Source: an uncultured Spirochaetia bacterium
GTDB lineage: Bacteria; Desulfobacterota_D; UBA1144; Nemesobacterales; Nemesobacteraceae
Length of the DNA stretch: 64,000 bases
Direction: 5' to 3'
NCBI GenBank assembly: GCA_964429945.1
Contig: CAYSDX010000114.1
Coordinates: 2,316-66,315 of the forward strand
Position 1 is the first letter of the stretch. Each line of letters starts with the position of its first letter. This document shows positions 27,273-37,224 of the stretch, one piece after another. A program made the translations under genes and the position numbers. The notes beneath the pieces were generated by a model that saw only the letters and a list, made by a program, of their open reading frames with translations, ran no database searches and had not been told where the DNA came from.

Positions 27273-28109
27273 TTAATCGCCCGAGGATCTTTTGCCGATG
27301 CTGGCAAAGGCGTTATGGCTGTGAATACTCTCGTAGTTAAGAACCCTGAGCTCGTAAGAGTCGAAATTGGGGTTGCCATGGAGTTCAGAAGCTATGTTTC
27401 TCACGACATCCTCGACGAAGCAGGGCTTGTTGTAAGCGCTCATCGTGACATGGCGCTCGTCTTCCCTTTTTAAAAGCGGGTAAAGCGGAGAAGACGCCCC
27501 TCTCTCCGCAATTTCTATGATTTCCTCAAGGCATATGTCTATCGGATCGTTTTCCCTCTTTTTCTCGTGCGTGATGGTTATGAAAACCTTGGAGCGCTGG
27601 TTATGGGCTCCGTAATCGCTTATTTCCTTGCTGCAGGGACAGAGGGTCTTTACCGGAACCACAACGCTCTGGGTGAGGCGTATGCCTTCTGAGTGCATTT
27701 CGCCGCGGTACGTGCATTTATAGGGCTGGGGGGATATCTTGCCGCTTACCGGGGCGTGTCGATTGAAAAAGTAGTCAAACTCTATTTTGACGTCGGAATC
27801 TTCCGAACCCTGCCTGTCGCAGAGAGCAATCAGGAAAGAGGCCATGTTCCCTATGGAAAAGGATCCGTTGAAATCAAGGGCCGTTTCAAGCAGCCGACTC
27901 ATGTGAATCCCCTTCTGGTCGGGGCTCAGGTTAACGCTCAGGCTTAGGGAAGCCTGAATGCTCTGGTCCTTCTCGGAATCGGTCTCGCAACCCTTTATTT
28001 TAAGCGGAATCTTGAGGTCGCAGACGCCGACTCTGTCTATGGAGATATTTCTGTAGTCCTTTCTCGCCTGTATATCTTCTATAGGTTTTTCTTCCAATTT
28101 CATTTTCAA
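27273..28109 (-). CDS. folE2: GTP cyclohydrolase IB (FolE2/MptA family)
   Basis: GIHMSRLLE, CPCSKEIS and GAHNQRS motifs; 278 aa. Confidence 0.85.
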   Translation of the reverse strand: MKMKLEEKPIEDIQARKDYRNISIDRVGVCDLKIPLKIKGCETDSEKDQSIQASLSLSVNLSPDQKGIHMSRLLETALDFNGSFSIGNMASFLIALCDRQGSEDSDVKIEFDYFFNRHAPVSGKISPQPYKCTYRGEMHSEGIRLTQSVVVPVKTLCPCSKEISDYGAHNQRSKVFITITHEKKRENDPIDICLEEIIEIAERGASSPLYPLLKREDERHVTMSAYNKPCFVEDVVRNIASELHGNPNFDSYELRVLNYESIHSHNAFASIGKRSSGD

Positions 28110-28230
28110 AGTACTTTTCCTCTTTCTTCGATAGAGTAACCGCCGCTAATCAAAGGCGGATTCTTCTCAGGACGGGGAAGGATACCACAAGAAGAGACCT
28201 TTGCAACAACCGGAACAATTGCAAGGGGCT

Positions 28231-28569
28231 TCAGCGAAGTTTGGGATTATCCGCGTGCCGTTTCCCGTCCCTATGTGTTTTCTTCTCAAAGTTCTTTCTC
28301 AAAACCTCCGTAAGATCAACTCCTGTCTGGTTCGCTATGCATGTCAAGACGAAGAAAACATCGGCAAGCTCGTCCCCAAGCTCCCGGCGATCCTCATCTC
28401 CCTTGAAGCTCTGCTCCCCGTAGGTCCTGGACATGATCCTCGCGACTTCGCCCACCTCTTCGACAAGCTGCGCGAGATTGGTAAGCTCAGAGAAGTACCG
28501 CACCCCCACTTTGCTTATCCACTCGTCAACTTCCCTCTGATACTCCCTGACCGTTATCTCACTGGACAT
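28231..28569 (-). CDS. MazG-like nucleotide pyrophosphohydrolase
   Basis: 112 aa from ATG 28569. Contains EEVGEVAR and ELADVFFVL (the EExxE/ExxD helices of all-alpha NTP pyrophosphatases). Confidence 0.75.
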   Translation of the reverse strand: MSSEITVREYQREVDEWISKVGVRYFSELTNLAQLVEEVGEVARIMSRTYGEQSFKGDEDRRELGDELADVFFVLTCIANQTGVDLTEVLRKNFEKKTHRDGKRHADNPKLR

Positions 28570-28630
28570 AAAACCACCCTCGGCTTCGTACCGACCGCAA
28601 CAAACTCGAAAAAATCTCCCTTCCTTAATT

Positions 28631-29440
28631 CTACCACCCAAGCCTCAAAAGAAGCGATTCCCTCATAATCCGGTAACTCCGGGGAACCGAAGGCATCGCT
28701 TCGCCGTCCACCCCGCTTACGTAAACAATACCCGCAACGGCGTTTGTAAGAAAAGCGTAATCGCTTGAGAGAATATCCTCAAGGGAAAAACTCCCGCAGA
28801 CGGCCTCATAGCCCAGTCGCTCGGCCGAGCGCAAAACGATCCCCCTTGTCACTCCCGGCAGAACGGGACACTCAGAAGACGGGGTAAAAAGCTTCTTTCC
28901 TTTGACCCAGAAAACATTATGGCACGAGGTCTCGGCCACCCTGCCGTCCGTATCGAGGAAAAGCGCCTCGTCAAACCCTTTTTCAAGAGCCTCTCTTCTC
29001 GCCAGGACGTTTCCGAGGTAATTAAGGGTCTTGTGCGAAAAAAGACGGTTCCGCTGAGACCTCCTCTCCCCGCAGACCCAAAGAGAAACGGTCTCGGGGC
29101 TCTCTGAGCGGGGCTTTACGGACACAAGAAGCGAAGCCTGCCGGGGCCGGGAATGAAAAACTGCGTCTCCTTCCCCCAGAAGGCATGCCTTTACGTGCAG
29201 ATCTTTCCCTTCAGCTTTTTCCGCGGCGTCTTCGATCCGAAGCCTCACCCGGGCTTCTCCGGGAAACGGTATGGCGAGAAACTCGGCTCCTCTTTGCATC
29301 CTCTCAAGGTGCATGGAGAGGAAAACAGGAGGCGCGCCCTTCCACCTGAAGCTCTCAAAGACCCCTTCTCCGTAAAAAAGAGCGCGGAGCGCGGGCGGGT
29401 CTTCAAGCCTTTTTCCGTTAAGAAAGAAAAGTTCCTCCAT
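28631..29440 (-). CDS. pabC: Aminodeoxychorismate lyase (class IV aminotransferase fold)
   Basis: 269 aa, class IV fold-type pattern, directly downstream of pabB. Confidence 0.7.
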   Translation of the reverse strand: MEELFFLNGKRLEDPPALRALFYGEGVFESFRWKGAPPVFLSMHLERMQRGAEFLAIPFPGEARVRLRIEDAAEKAEGKDLHVKACLLGEGDAVFHSRPRQASLLVSVKPRSESPETVSLWVCGERRSQRNRLFSHKTLNYLGNVLARREALEKGFDEALFLDTDGRVAETSCHNVFWVKGKKLFTPSSECPVLPGVTRGIVLRSAERLGYEAVCGSFSLEDILSSDYAFLTNAVAGIVYVSGVDGEAMPSVPRSYRIMRESLLLRLGW

Positions 29441-29449
29441 GGCCGATGA

Positions 29450-30676
29450 TTATATCACCTGTCGGGACGCGACCGATGCAAGTGCCTTTGCCTTGAGCTC
29501 CGTTTCCCCGTATTCCTCTTCCGCTCTCGAATCCCACACGATTCCGCCTCCGAACCAGAAATCCGCACCTTCGGGGTGGTTAACCCCCGTGCGGATCGCG
29601 ACGCTCATGGTGAAATTCCCGTCCGGGGGGAAAAGACAGATCGCCCCGCAGTAAGGACCCCTGAGATGGGGCTCGAGGCTGTCTATTATGCGAAGAGCCT
29701 CTCTTTTCGGGGCCCCGGTAACGGATCCCGGGGGAAAGGTACTGGCGATTATCTGGGAGAATCCGACTCCGGGGCGGAGGCGTCCTTCGATTTCTGACTC
29801 CATCTGGAAAAGGGTGCTGTAGGGCCTGACGGCGAAAAGCTCCCTTACCCCTACGGAACCGTAACCGCATATTCTCCCGAGGTCGTTTCTCATGAGATCG
29901 ACTATCATGAGATTCTCGGCCCGCTCCTTGGGGTTTTTTCCGAGCGTCTCGGCAAGTTCCCTGTCGCGACGGGGGTCCGGGTCCCTGCGGATCGTCCCCT
30001 TTATGGGCCTCGTGGTAATCCTGTCGCCCCTTTTCCTGAGAAAAAGCTCCATAGAGCCGCTTACGAGATCAAAACCCGGAAAACTGATAAGGGCGGCGAA
30101 AGGAACGGGCTGGGCGCGGTAAAAATCCGCAAACCACGAAAGCGATTCGCCCAAGGGCTCGAAGCGGAACTTGCGCGAAAGGTTAACCTGGTAAACATCT
30201 CCGGCAGCTATGTGCTCCTTTATCGCGGAAATCTTCTGGGCGTACTCCTCCTCCCTGATGTTCGGGCGCGGAGCGCCCCCGGGGCAATTCTCCGCGGAGG
30301 AAGCAGAAACAGAGAGCACTTCCTCGCAGGGACTGACATAAAAACCGTTTTGCTCGTAGAAGTGGAAAAACACGAGGGGAAGCCTTTTTTCTTCCTTTCT
30401 CTCCAAGGTCCTAACCCCGGGAGTCGTGTACCGAAAGTATTCGTAGCTTATGTAGCCAAGCGCGGTGTATCCCTCGGCGGCCAGACGCTCAACGAAACGG
30501 AGGGGGTCTTCGGAGGAGGTTTCCTCCGTGGAATCGGAGAACATTCTGGTCTTTCCATCTGAGAAGCAGAGAGTTAAAACGGGGTCGCCGAAAACTCCGG
30601 CCATGGGAGAGGAATCCGAATCGAACCATCCTCCGCCCGAGTCTATCAAAAGGGACCTTGGCTTATAAGACTTCAT
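29450..30676 (-). CDS. pabB: Aminodeoxychorismate synthase component I (chorismate-binding enzyme)
   Basis: MIVDLMRNDLGR, FPPGSVTGAPK and GGGIVWDS motifs of the TrpE/PabB family, with a short N-terminal domain. Confidence 0.8.
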   Translation of the reverse strand: MKSYKPRSLLIDSGGGWFDSDSSPMAGVFGDPVLTLCFSDGKTRMFSDSTEETSSEDPLRFVERLAAEGYTALGYISYEYFRYTTPGVRTLERKEEKRLPLVFFHFYEQNGFYVSPCEEVLSVSASSAENCPGGAPRPNIREEEYAQKISAIKEHIAAGDVYQVNLSRKFRFEPLGESLSWFADFYRAQPVPFAALISFPGFDLVSGSMELFLRKRGDRITTRPIKGTIRRDPDPRRDRELAETLGKNPKERAENLMIVDLMRNDLGRICGYGSVGVRELFAVRPYSTLFQMESEIEGRLRPGVGFSQIIASTFPPGSVTGAPKREALRIIDSLEPHLRGPYCGAICLFPPDGNFTMSVAIRTGVNHPEGADFWFGGGIVWDSRAEEEYGETELKAKALASVASRQVI

Positions 30677-30730
30677 CGGCTCCTCCTTCTGAGACTCAAC
30701 ACCCGGTCAGGCGGGCGCGCGGGAACCTGT

Positions 30731-32734
30731 TTACGACGGGGGCTGAGCGTCCGCACCGTCGACCGAGCGGCGAAGGATCTCGGCTATGTCCTGGATGCCG
30801 ATATCCTCCTCCTTGCCCTTGAACCTGGCGGCGTCGTCAAACATCGTGTTGCAGAAGTAGCACGCGGTCGCCAGGGTGTCCGGGTTAATCTCCGCCGCCT
30901 CATCGAAGCGGTTCCAGTTAACCCTGGGAGCCTCTTCCTCCATCCATATCTTTCCGCCTCCGGCGCCGCAGCAGAAACTCTTGGTCCTGTTCCTCTTCAT
31001 CTCCACGAGATCAATCCCCGGAATGCTTTTCAGTATTTCCCTCGGGGAGTCGTAAACGTTGTTGTAGCGGCCGATGTAGCAGGAATCGTGGTAGGTTATC
31101 TTCTCGTCGATAGGGGCGTCGGGATTAAGCTTTCCATCCTGGATGAGCTGCAGGAGAAAATCGGTGTGGTGAACGACCTCGTAGTGCCCGCCGAACTGCG
31201 GATACTCGTTCTTTATGGTGTTGAAGCAGTGCGGGCAGTTCGCGAGAATCTTCTTTACCTTAAGCTCGTTCATAGTCTCGATGTTCTGCACGGCGAGCAT
31301 CTGGTAGAGGGCCTCCTCTCCAAGCCTTCTCGCAGGGTCTCCCGTGCAGGTCTCCCCTGGGCCCATAACGGCGAAGTTGACTCCGGCGATCTTAAGCAGG
31401 GTCACTATAGCCTTCGATACTTCCTGTCCCCTGGGATCATAGCCCCCGAAACATCCCGTCCAGTAAATCACGTCGAATTCGCTTGCGTTCTCAGCCGAAA
31501 CACCTAAAATGGGAACTTCCATCTCGGAGAGCCACAAGCCGCGGTCCGCCTCCGGGAATCCCCAGGGGTTTCCGTTGTTCTGAAGCTTCTGAAGAGTCCT
31601 GGTCGCAGTTCCGCTCAGTCGGCCCTCAAGCGTGAGGAACCTTCTCATGTCCATTATCTTCCCCATCTGGTCAATGAAAAGCGGGCACTGCTCCACACAG
31701 GCATTACAAGTGGTGCACGCCCAGAGCTCATCGGGAGTCACCCACTCGGTGTCGGGAAGGTCGGGCTGCTCTTCCTGGGGCTTTCCGGCCAGTATGTCCT
31801 TCCCCTCGCTTGAGACGTAATGGCGAAGCTTGACGACGATGTCCCTGGGAGAGAGAACCTTCTCGGTGTTCCACGCAGGGCAGTTGTCCGTGCACCTTCC
31901 GCACTCGGTGCAGGTGTAGGCGTCAAGTATGTCCTTCCAGCTGAAATCGGCTACCTTCGAGGAGCCGAAGTGGTCAAGATCCTCGGGGATCTCCTCGAAA
32001 TCAAGCTTCGAGAGCTGCCCGCGGGGCTTTAAGCTCTGGAAAAAAACGTTAAAAACCGCCGTCAGCACGTGGCTGTGCTTGGAGTAGGGAAGATAATTGA
32101 GGAACGAAAGCACTATCAGGACGTGGAACCACCAGAAAAACTCCTTCCAGAAAAAGGTGCTCCCGGCGCTCATGCCGTCGTAGAGCCCGGAGAACGCGCC
32201 GGACACCGGCAGCATGGCGGGGCTTGCCTCGGCAAGCGCAATCTTTGCTCCCGTGGTGAGAAAGGCGGTGATCATGAGGCCGAATATAAGACCCAGTATC
32301 ACGACCGCGTCGGGTCCGTTAACCTCCCTTCTTCTGCCTATAGTGAGCCTGTTTATTATGCCCATGGCTATGGCAACCAGAACCAGGGCCTGCACTACGT
32401 CGAGGATCAGCTCGTAGATTCCCCCCAGAGTTCCCGGGAAAACGTGAAACCCGGGAATGACGCCGCTTATCAACATCTCAACCGTCCCCACCGTTATTAT
32501 GACGAAACCCCAGAAGATCATGGCGTGCTCTATGCCGGCAAAGCGGTACTTGAAAAGCCTTCTCTGCCCGAACACGTAGATGATGACCTTCCTTATCCTC
32601 TCGGGAATGTTGTCAAACCTGTTGTCTTCCTTTTTGCCGAGAGTGACGAGCCTTATGAGCAGGCGGATGTTGTAAGCGAAAAAACCGAAGGCTGCCACAA
32701 GCACCAGAAGCATTATCGCGGATTTGGGGTTCAT
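30731..32734 (-). CDS. Membrane-anchored Fe-S oxidoreductase (NarI/DsrM-like membrane domain fused to HdrD/DsrK-like Fe-S/CCG domains)
   Basis: ATG 32734 preceded by GGAG. About 6 N-terminal hydrophobic helices, two ferredoxin motifs (CTECGRCTDNCP, CTTCNACVEQCP) and Cys-rich CCG-type regions (CCGAGGG). Confidence 0.75.
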   Translation of the reverse strand: MNPKSAIMLLVLVAAFGFFAYNIRLLIRLVTLGKKEDNRFDNIPERIRKVIIYVFGQRRLFKYRFAGIEHAMIFWGFVIITVGTVEMLISGVIPGFHVFPGTLGGIYELILDVVQALVLVAIAMGIINRLTIGRRREVNGPDAVVILGLIFGLMITAFLTTGAKIALAEASPAMLPVSGAFSGLYDGMSAGSTFFWKEFFWWFHVLIVLSFLNYLPYSKHSHVLTAVFNVFFQSLKPRGQLSKLDFEEIPEDLDHFGSSKVADFSWKDILDAYTCTECGRCTDNCPAWNTEKVLSPRDIVVKLRHYVSSEGKDILAGKPQEEQPDLPDTEWVTPDELWACTTCNACVEQCPLFIDQMGKIMDMRRFLTLEGRLSGTATRTLQKLQNNGNPWGFPEADRGLWLSEMEVPILGVSAENASEFDVIYWTGCFGGYDPRGQEVSKAIVTLLKIAGVNFAVMGPGETCTGDPARRLGEEALYQMLAVQNIETMNELKVKKILANCPHCFNTIKNEYPQFGGHYEVVHHTDFLLQLIQDGKLNPDAPIDEKITYHDSCYIGRYNNVYDSPREILKSIPGIDLVEMKRNRTKSFCCGAGGGKIWMEEEAPRVNWNRFDEAAEINPDTLATACYFCNTMFDDAARFKGKEEDIGIQDIAEILRRSVDGADAQPPS

Positions 32735-33016
32735 ACAGTTTCTCCGAAGCAAGACTATGGAAAAAAGCAGGATGAATTATATTGAATCCGCGGGGTTTAA
32801 TCAAGCCGGGAGGGAAGCGCCGGCCTCATCCGCCACTCAAGCGCCGAGGCACACCCACCGGGAATAGAAACCGTCTTTTTCACCGCACAGAAGAAACAAC
32901 ACTCAACTCTGTTCGGCGAAAAGCAGATTCACTGCTTCGCTGCCCGCGACGTGCTCTCCCGGGCTAAGTTTAACCTCTCCGCCGCCTCTCCCTCCGCCGC
33001 GCGCGCAGATCCCAAG

Positions 33017-34357
33017 TCAGGAGTCTTGCGTTACGCCAAGGCGCCTTCCCACCGAAGCCGCAAGAAACAGAACCGCTGCGATCAGAAACAGATTGAAAGT
33101 CCCGGCCTCAAGTTCGTTTCCGCTCCCGGAAGCAATCGCGCATCCTCCGTCGCCGTTGCCACCGCTACCACCCTGTTCCGACCCCGGGTAAATACCGGAA
33201 CCGAGAACATACTTCGTACCCCCTTCTATGCCGAAATCTGTACGTATGAAATACCCGATCTTGACCGATGTGCCGGGGGAGCGGCCTGGGATGGGGTTCC
33301 CCGCCTCACAAAACACATCTTCATCTTCCGGGGACGGCCCGGAAACAGATCTTGTCTCTTCACAGAGCACCTCGTCACCAATAACAGTCGGATCTTCCCA
33401 AAGGTAGGTGAGGAAACCCTCTCCCGGGGTATCGTCTTGTCTGTCTACCTCTTCTAAAATGCGTTTGGCAACTTCAACTCCATTATCATCCACAAGACGC
33501 AACGACCTGTCTTGAAGCTGCGGGGAGTTTCCGTTAAAAATCCCGTACATCTTATCCGTACCGGTAACTATATAGAAATATGTGGAACCCGACTGCCAGG
33601 GAGGTTCCCTCCAGCACGGCATAAGCTGAATCATTCTCACCAGCGGAAGCCTTCCCCGGGAGTTACTAACCTTGGCAAACTCCTCGGTAATGTGCGCCTC
33701 AACTCCCTCCAGGTAACGCGCTAGGCTTGGCTCGTCATTCACCATGTCGGCGCTAAGCCAGCCCTTTCCGGAGAGATCGGGACACGCGTCAAGCGACTTG
33801 GAATGATCCGCTTCCCTCAGCTCATGATCAAATCCGCCAACGTGTATAAAGGAATCCCCTGCTTCGCCCGTATCGGAATCCCCAACGGCGCAGATATGCC
33901 TGCCGCCTCTCCCGGTCCTGTCGTCCTGAACACAGACCACCTTGTCACCCGCTCCTTCCGCCATGTCCATCAGTCTCCGGAAAACCGGGATGCCTCTCAA
34001 GGATCCGCTCAGGGCCCCGGGATGTCTCCCGTGAAAAAGTATTATGTCGCCTGACCGAAAAGAAGCGTCGGTCGCTTCCCCGCCAGCGGACTTGTTAACG
34101 GTAATTACGTACGTGTCGCCGTGGCGCCATACTCCGTTATTGTTTCTCAAGGCGTTTCGGAATTCTACTCGACCCTCATCACTTGTGACCCGCGGCTCCC
34201 GGTGCTCTTTCATGTGCAGTAAGAAACTTCTCATATCGTCCATGTTTCCCGCGCTCGCCTCCTTGGCAGTTACGCCATGGTGCGCAAAAGCGGGCGAGGT
34301 GGTGGAAAAAACGACTGTACAAAAGAAAAGCAGAGTGAGCGCCGCGACTTTTTTCAT
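33017..34357 (-). CDS. Secreted Cache-like domain protein with Gly-rich/Cys/TM/basic C-terminal tail
   Basis: Signal peptide MKKVAALTLLFFCTVVFSTTSPAFA. Cache-like block STYFYIVTGTDKMYGIF...LVDDNGVEVA...GFLTYLWEDP. Tail GGSGGNGDGGCAIA...FNLFLIAAVLFLAASVGRR. Confidence 0.5.
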   Translation of the reverse strand: MKKVAALTLLFFCTVVFSTTSPAFAHHGVTAKEASAGNMDDMRSFLLHMKEHREPRVTSDEGRVEFRNALRNNNGVWRHGDTYVITVNKSAGGEATDASFRSGDIILFHGRHPGALSGSLRGIPVFRRLMDMAEGAGDKVVCVQDDRTGRGGRHICAVGDSDTGEAGDSFIHVGGFDHELREADHSKSLDACPDLSGKGWLSADMVNDEPSLARYLEGVEAHITEEFAKVSNSRGRLPLVRMIQLMPCWREPPWQSGSTYFYIVTGTDKMYGIFNGNSPQLQDRSLRLVDDNGVEVAKRILEEVDRQDDTPGEGFLTYLWEDPTVIGDEVLCEETRSVSGPSPEDEDVFCEAGNPIPGRSPGTSVKIGYFIRTDFGIEGGTKYVLGSGIYPGSEQGGSGGNGDGGCAIASGSGNELEAGTFNLFLIAAVLFLAASVGRRLGVTQDS

Positions 34358-34638
34358 GATTTAAAACCCCTCTCTTTGCTAATTAAGATACAAATTCCTG
34401 TGAGCTTCAGGCCTCTATTCTTTACAAGGTTGATAATAACCGGTTAGTTTTGAAATGGAATTAAAATAGTACCGATAAGTCGGTCTACTGCTTGACTAAA
34501 TCATCGAATATCGGGATTTTGTGAAGCTCGTCAGTTCTGGGGTTATTTTCCGGATCGGTTGTCTGTAAGAAGGTTCGAGGATCTAGAGCTTTACAGACGA
34601 GTGCCGGAAACTCAAGAGATAAAAAGGAATAACAAAAA

Positions 34639-37182
34639 ATGATTCGTAAATTTTACGAGGCAATTAACCAAACTGCACCCCGGAATATTATTCTCGTACT
34701 GCTTGTCCTGGCGACGGGCCGCTCCACGGCCTGGGATGCAGCCGCGAGAGAAGGGAACCTTGTCGGTAATCAACCGTATTCCGAAGCGATATCCGGCAGC
34801 CTGCACCCCGTGAAAGTCATCACCCGACGGGACATTGAGCTCTCAGGCGTAAAAAGGATAACTGACCTGTTGGGCCGGTCGGCGTTTAACAATTTCGGTC
34901 TCGCAAGGCCGCTCGTTCTTGGAGGAGGCCGCACCCTGACCCTGGTTAACGGGCGGCGAGTCTCAGACTCCGGAGTTGACCTAGACGCCATCCCGATCGC
35001 GGCTGTCCAGCGCATTGAAATCCTCAGTGACAGCACAAGCGCCCTGCATGGCGGGGAAGCGATCGGCGGCACCATAAATATCGTTTTCAAGAAAGACTAC
35101 GAAGGTCTTGATATCCAGCTGAACGCCGGGCGTCCCCGCGGTGAGGGCGCCGATTCCGAACACCTAAGCGCTCTGTGGGGAACAAGCGTCGGAGAAGGAA
35201 ATCTGACTGTCGGGGCGGATATCTTCCGGCGGGACGAGGTACGCGACATCGACCGAGATTACAGCCGTGCCAGATATCAAGCCGGAGGTTCCTTCGCCGA
35301 CACCGAAGGAGTGTCGTCTCTCGGCAACACGGTTTTCCTGGAAAAAGACGACGGAGGACGGGTTTCGGGGCCGTTGGGCGACTGTGATGAAAGCGTGTAT
35401 GCGGGGGAACTCACGGATCCTCCGGGCGGATTTTTCGGCACCGTCTGCGGGTTTGCCTATGCGGATATCGCGTGGCACTTGTGGCGCAGGCAAAATGACA
35501 GCGCGTTTGTGAATTTCAGTTATCCGCTCGCCGATGCGGCCGAAATATACGTTGAGGGACGCGTGACCAAGGAAGAACGAAGACTGCTGTATGCGCCAGA
35601 CCCTAACCTTTTTCGCCTCGTTCCGGACGAGACGCTGAGAAACAGCCTGATTGAAAGCGGGAGCTTTGAAGGTCTTGACGAAAGCAATTTCCCCGAACGT
35701 ATCACGGTTGGCCACCGTTTCCTGGGACACGGAAACCGCCAGTGGGATTCGGACCTTGAAGAATATGATATTGCGCTGGGGCTGCGGGGGGATATTAAAG
35801 ACAACATAAGATACGACGGCTATGTTCACTACAATCGCTGGGACTATGCAGAAGCTGGCCGCACGTTCATTAATGAACCCATAATAAACACCGCCATTGA
35901 AAGCGGAGATTACAACCTCCTGAATCCTCTTTCCGACGACGAAAGGCATAGGGCCGCAATCAGAGAAAGCAGCGTGCGGAGCGAAGAGAGAGGCAAAACC
36001 GACTATGTTGACGCCGGGGTGGAACTTGACGGCCCGCTGTTTGAGCTTATGGGCAACAAGATTCGCTGGAGCGCCGGTCTGCAGGTCGCCAAAGAAGACA
36101 TAAGCTTTTCCGAGGAAAATTTCAATCTTAACGGTGAGCCGGTTGACGCGGATGACGTCTTGGGGGGATCTTCGCTGTCGCTGACGGCCGATCGCCGGCG
36201 CCTGTCGGCTTTCGGCGATATTCTGGTGCCCCTGGGGGATGCGCTGGACATGTCGTTTGCCCTTCGCCACGACGATTTTGACGATGTCGGGGGAGCGTTT
36301 TCGCACAGGATAGCGACGCTTTACCGCGTAATCCCCAATATTGCGCTGCGGGCATCATGGAGCGGGGGGGCGCGAGCGCCCGGTCTTGCATTGCTGCATG
36401 CAGAGGAATTTGTTTATTACCCGTATGTATGCGACGCGGACACACCGACTCCCGACTGTCCCAGTGAACAGGTGCGGGTGGTCACGAGCAGCAACCCGGA
36501 ACTTAAACCGGACGAGGCTGAGAGCTTCGGCGCCGGCGTCTCCGCGGGCTGGGGTCCGTTTTCGGCCGACTTCGACTGGTTCCGCCTCCGTCTTCAGGGA
36601 ACGCCTACCACGCTGAGCACGCAGTTCGTTGTCAGCCTGGAAAGAAGCGGGAGGCTTAGCGAGTATCCGGGACTGAGCGTTACACGTTCCGACGGTCGAT
36701 TGGCAGAAATCCGCAATCCGCTGACCAATAGCGGAGAGACTGACATGGACGGGTTCACAGCCCGGCTCGGCGGCGACCTGAAAACCGACCTGGCGAATTT
36801 CACGCTCAATGCCAACTGGATCAGGATAACGAATTACGAAAGACGCGTGGGAGTAGAGACTCAGCCAGGAGATATTCCGCGCAACCGCATTCACGTTCTG
36901 CTCCGCGCAGACCGCAACGACCTGTCCGTGCAGTGGAACACGCACGCGGTTACGTCTTTTTGGAACAACACCAGAACCAAACGCTTCAGAAAATGGGTGG
37001 GGCACGATATCGCGCTTAACTGGAGAAACGCTTTTGGCTTTAACTGGTTTGAACTCACGGGAGGCGTTTTGAATATCGGCAACGAGGGGCAGTCCCGCCC
37101 CGACCCCGATGAGGATCACATATTATATATGGATTCGATTCTGGGGCGCACGCTGTTTCTGACTGCAAAGCTTGAGATCTAG
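34639..37182 (+). CDS. TonB-dependent outer-membrane receptor
   Basis: Plug-domain motifs (VKVITRRDIELSG, RIEILSDSTSALHGGEAIGGTINIV) followed by a long beta-barrel region; 847 aa. Confidence 0.85.
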   Translation: MIRKFYEAINQTAPRNIILVLLVLATGRSTAWDAAAREGNLVGNQPYSEAISGSLHPVKVITRRDIELSGVKRITDLLGRSAFNNFGLARPLVLGGGRTLTLVNGRRVSDSGVDLDAIPIAAVQRIEILSDSTSALHGGEAIGGTINIVFKKDYEGLDIQLNAGRPRGEGADSEHLSALWGTSVGEGNLTVGADIFRRDEVRDIDRDYSRARYQAGGSFADTEGVSSLGNTVFLEKDDGGRVSGPLGDCDESVYAGELTDPPGGFFGTVCGFAYADIAWHLWRRQNDSAFVNFSYPLADAAEIYVEGRVTKEERRLLYAPDPNLFRLVPDETLRNSLIESGSFEGLDESNFPERITVGHRFLGHGNRQWDSDLEEYDIALGLRGDIKDNIRYDGYVHYNRWDYAEAGRTFINEPIINTAIESGDYNLLNPLSDDERHRAAIRESSVRSEERGKTDYVDAGVELDGPLFELMGNKIRWSAGLQVAKEDISFSEENFNLNGEPVDADDVLGGSSLSLTADRRRLSAFGDILVPLGDALDMSFALRHDDFDDVGGAFSHRIATLYRVIPNIALRASWSGGARAPGLALLHAEEFVYYPYVCDADTPTPDCPSEQVRVVTSSNPELKPDEAESFGAGVSAGWGPFSADFDWFRLRLQGTPTTLSTQFVVSLERSGRLSEYPGLSVTRSDGRLAEIRNPLTNSGETDMDGFTARLGGDLKTDLANFTLNANWIRITNYERRVGVETQPGDIPRNRIHVLLRADRNDLSVQWNTHAVTSFWNNTRTKRFRKWVGHDIALNWRNAFGFNWFELTGGVLNIGNEGQSRPDPDEDHILYMDSILGRTLFLTAKLEI

Positions 37183-37224
37183 CATATACGGTCATACCTG
37201 ATGAATAGAAAGACCTGACCCTAT

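Noticed and set aside
34432-34450. GATAATAACCGGTTAGTTT upstream of the TonB-dependent receptor as a Fur box.
   Set aside because: Only the first 6 nt and a few scattered positions match the 19-bp Fur consensus.
35164-37119. 380-aa and 254-aa ORFs antisense to the TonB-dependent receptor gene.
   Set aside because: These are shadow ORFs in a GC-rich gene with Arg/Pro/Gly-rich translations. The receptor frame has clear plug and barrel motifs.
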